Assembly (NCBI RefSeq): GCF_023016065.1
Contig: NZ_JALKAQ010000004.1
Span: 16,462 to 40,461, forward strand
From: Marinobacter sp. S0848L
GTDB lineage: Bacteria > Pseudomonadota > Gammaproteobacteria > Pseudomonadales > Oleiphilaceae
Length of the DNA: 24,000 bases
Reading direction: 5' to 3'
The notes below the pieces were generated by a model. That model worked only from the letters and a program-made list of their open reading frames with translations. It had not been told where the DNA came from and ran no database searches. A program made the position numbers and the translations under genes. Below are positions 23,380 through 24,000 of the stretch, piece by piece. Position 1 is the first letter of the stretch, and each line of letters opens with the position of its first letter.

Positions 23380-23571
23380 GGTGTGACTCCTTTAAAGGTA
23401 TGTCCCTAAGATGTTTTTATTACTGGCTGGTGTTCAGCTCTGTATTCGGTAGCACGCACATTACCTCGAAACGAGTTCCTAGGGAACGCCCTTCAAACTT
23501 GCGGTTAACGGAGATCATGGTCCAGACTCACTATCAATAGTTCATTTTTTTGAACAGAAGGAGATTAGATC

Positions 23572-23991
23572 ATGTACAAGAACATTCTTGTTCCTGTTGA
23601 TCTGGCGCACCTGGACCAGATGGCGAAAACGCTCAATACAGCCATCGATATGGCCAAGCACTATGGGGCAAGGCTTTGTTACGTGACCGTGACGAACAGC
23701 ACGCCCGGTGCTGCCGCGCATAATCCGAAAGAACTGGCAAACAAGCTGCAAGCATTCGCCGAGGAACAAGGTAAATCACACGGTATTCAGACCTACGCGA
23801 AAGTACTGGAGTCTGTCGACACAGCCGTTGAACTGGATGACAAGTTGCTCGGTGCCATAAAAGACACGAGTACCGATTTGGTGGTTATGGCGTCACACCC
23901 GCCGGGAATTGGCGATGCTTTGCACCTGCTACGCTCTAACGCGGCAGAGATCGTCAAGCACAGTAAAATCTCGGTGTTTGTGGTGCGCTAA
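23572..23991 (+). CDS. universal stress protein (UspA family)
   Basis: 139 aa with an AAGGAGA SD. It begins MYKNILVPVDL.... and ends DLVVMASH.........LLRSNAAEIVKHSKISVFVVR. Confidence 0.85.
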   Translation: MYKNILVPVDLAHLDQMAKTLNTAIDMAKHYGARLCYVTVTNSTPGAAAHNPKELANKLQAFAEEQGKSHGIQTYAKVLESVDTAVELDDKLLGAIKDTSTDLVVMASHPPGIGDALHLLRSNAAEIVKHSKISVFVVR

Positions 23992-24000
23992 ATTAACAAC

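Noticed and set aside
22507-23409. 185-aa and other plus-strand ORFs opposite the crotonase gene
   Set aside because: They are antisense shadows. The minus-strand product carries the crotonase signatures and a good SD.
23380-23571. A possible FNR/ANR box or other regulator palindrome upstream of the usp gene
   Set aside because: I looked for TTGAT-N4-ATCAA and found only partial half-sites (atcaat, ttgaac) with wrong spacing. The small gttcc-tag-ggaac hairpin is too short to be meaningful.
1-24000. Searched by eye for CRISPR repeats, tRNA/rRNA genes, IS elements or transposases, integrases, and direct repeats flanking the island
   Set aside because: None was found. The intergenic regions are short and contain no periodic repeats or cloverleaf-like sequences, and no ORF shows DDE or tyrosine-recombinase motifs. 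Short flanking direct repeats could easily be missed without computation.

Overview
This looks like chromosomal DNA from a gammaproteobacterium, possibly a marine Marinobacter-like organism; that guess rests only on protein flavour and roughly mid-50s % GC judged by eye. Nineteen convincing protein-coding genes are called, plus one possible frame-broken small ORF. I found no rRNA, tRNA, CRISPR array, transposase or integrase. Most genes are ordinary single-function loci: an AI-2E transporter, SRPBCC protein, YebC-family regulator, class-I glutamine amidotransferase, PLD-family protein, SAM methyltransferase, ThpR, an alpha/beta hydrolase, a DUF4442 hotdog protein, a LysE exporter, a CPBP protease, a crotonase and a Usp protein. 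The main candidate system is an orphan type VI secretion (T6SS) cargo module on the minus strand at about 1.2-8.96 kb. It reads vgrG, then a DUF4123 (Tap/TEC-type) adaptor, then a 705-aa protein, then a lipoprotein, all translationally coupled. The 705-aa protein has an N-terminal LysM domain, an acidic linker and a Gly/Ala-rich core I cannot place in any family; it is the candidate effector. The lipoprotein has an FGE/SUMF1 fold but lacks the catalytic cysteine pair; it is the candidate immunity protein. Downstream lie a 338-bp gap holding a frame-broken small ORF and two tandem DUF3592 membrane proteins, which are alternative or extra immunity candidates. No hcp, PAAR or core tss genes are in the window. 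Two further under-characterised loci stand out. One is an AraC regulator followed by a 606-aa secreted multidomain protein and a DUF6160-like secreted protein, separated by an unusual intercistronic stem-loop (14.9-18.97 kb). The other is an overlapping PA2779-family / PA2778-family C39-like peptidase-TPR lipoprotein pair (12.6-14.0 kb). All family assignments come from reading motifs by eye, not from database searches.
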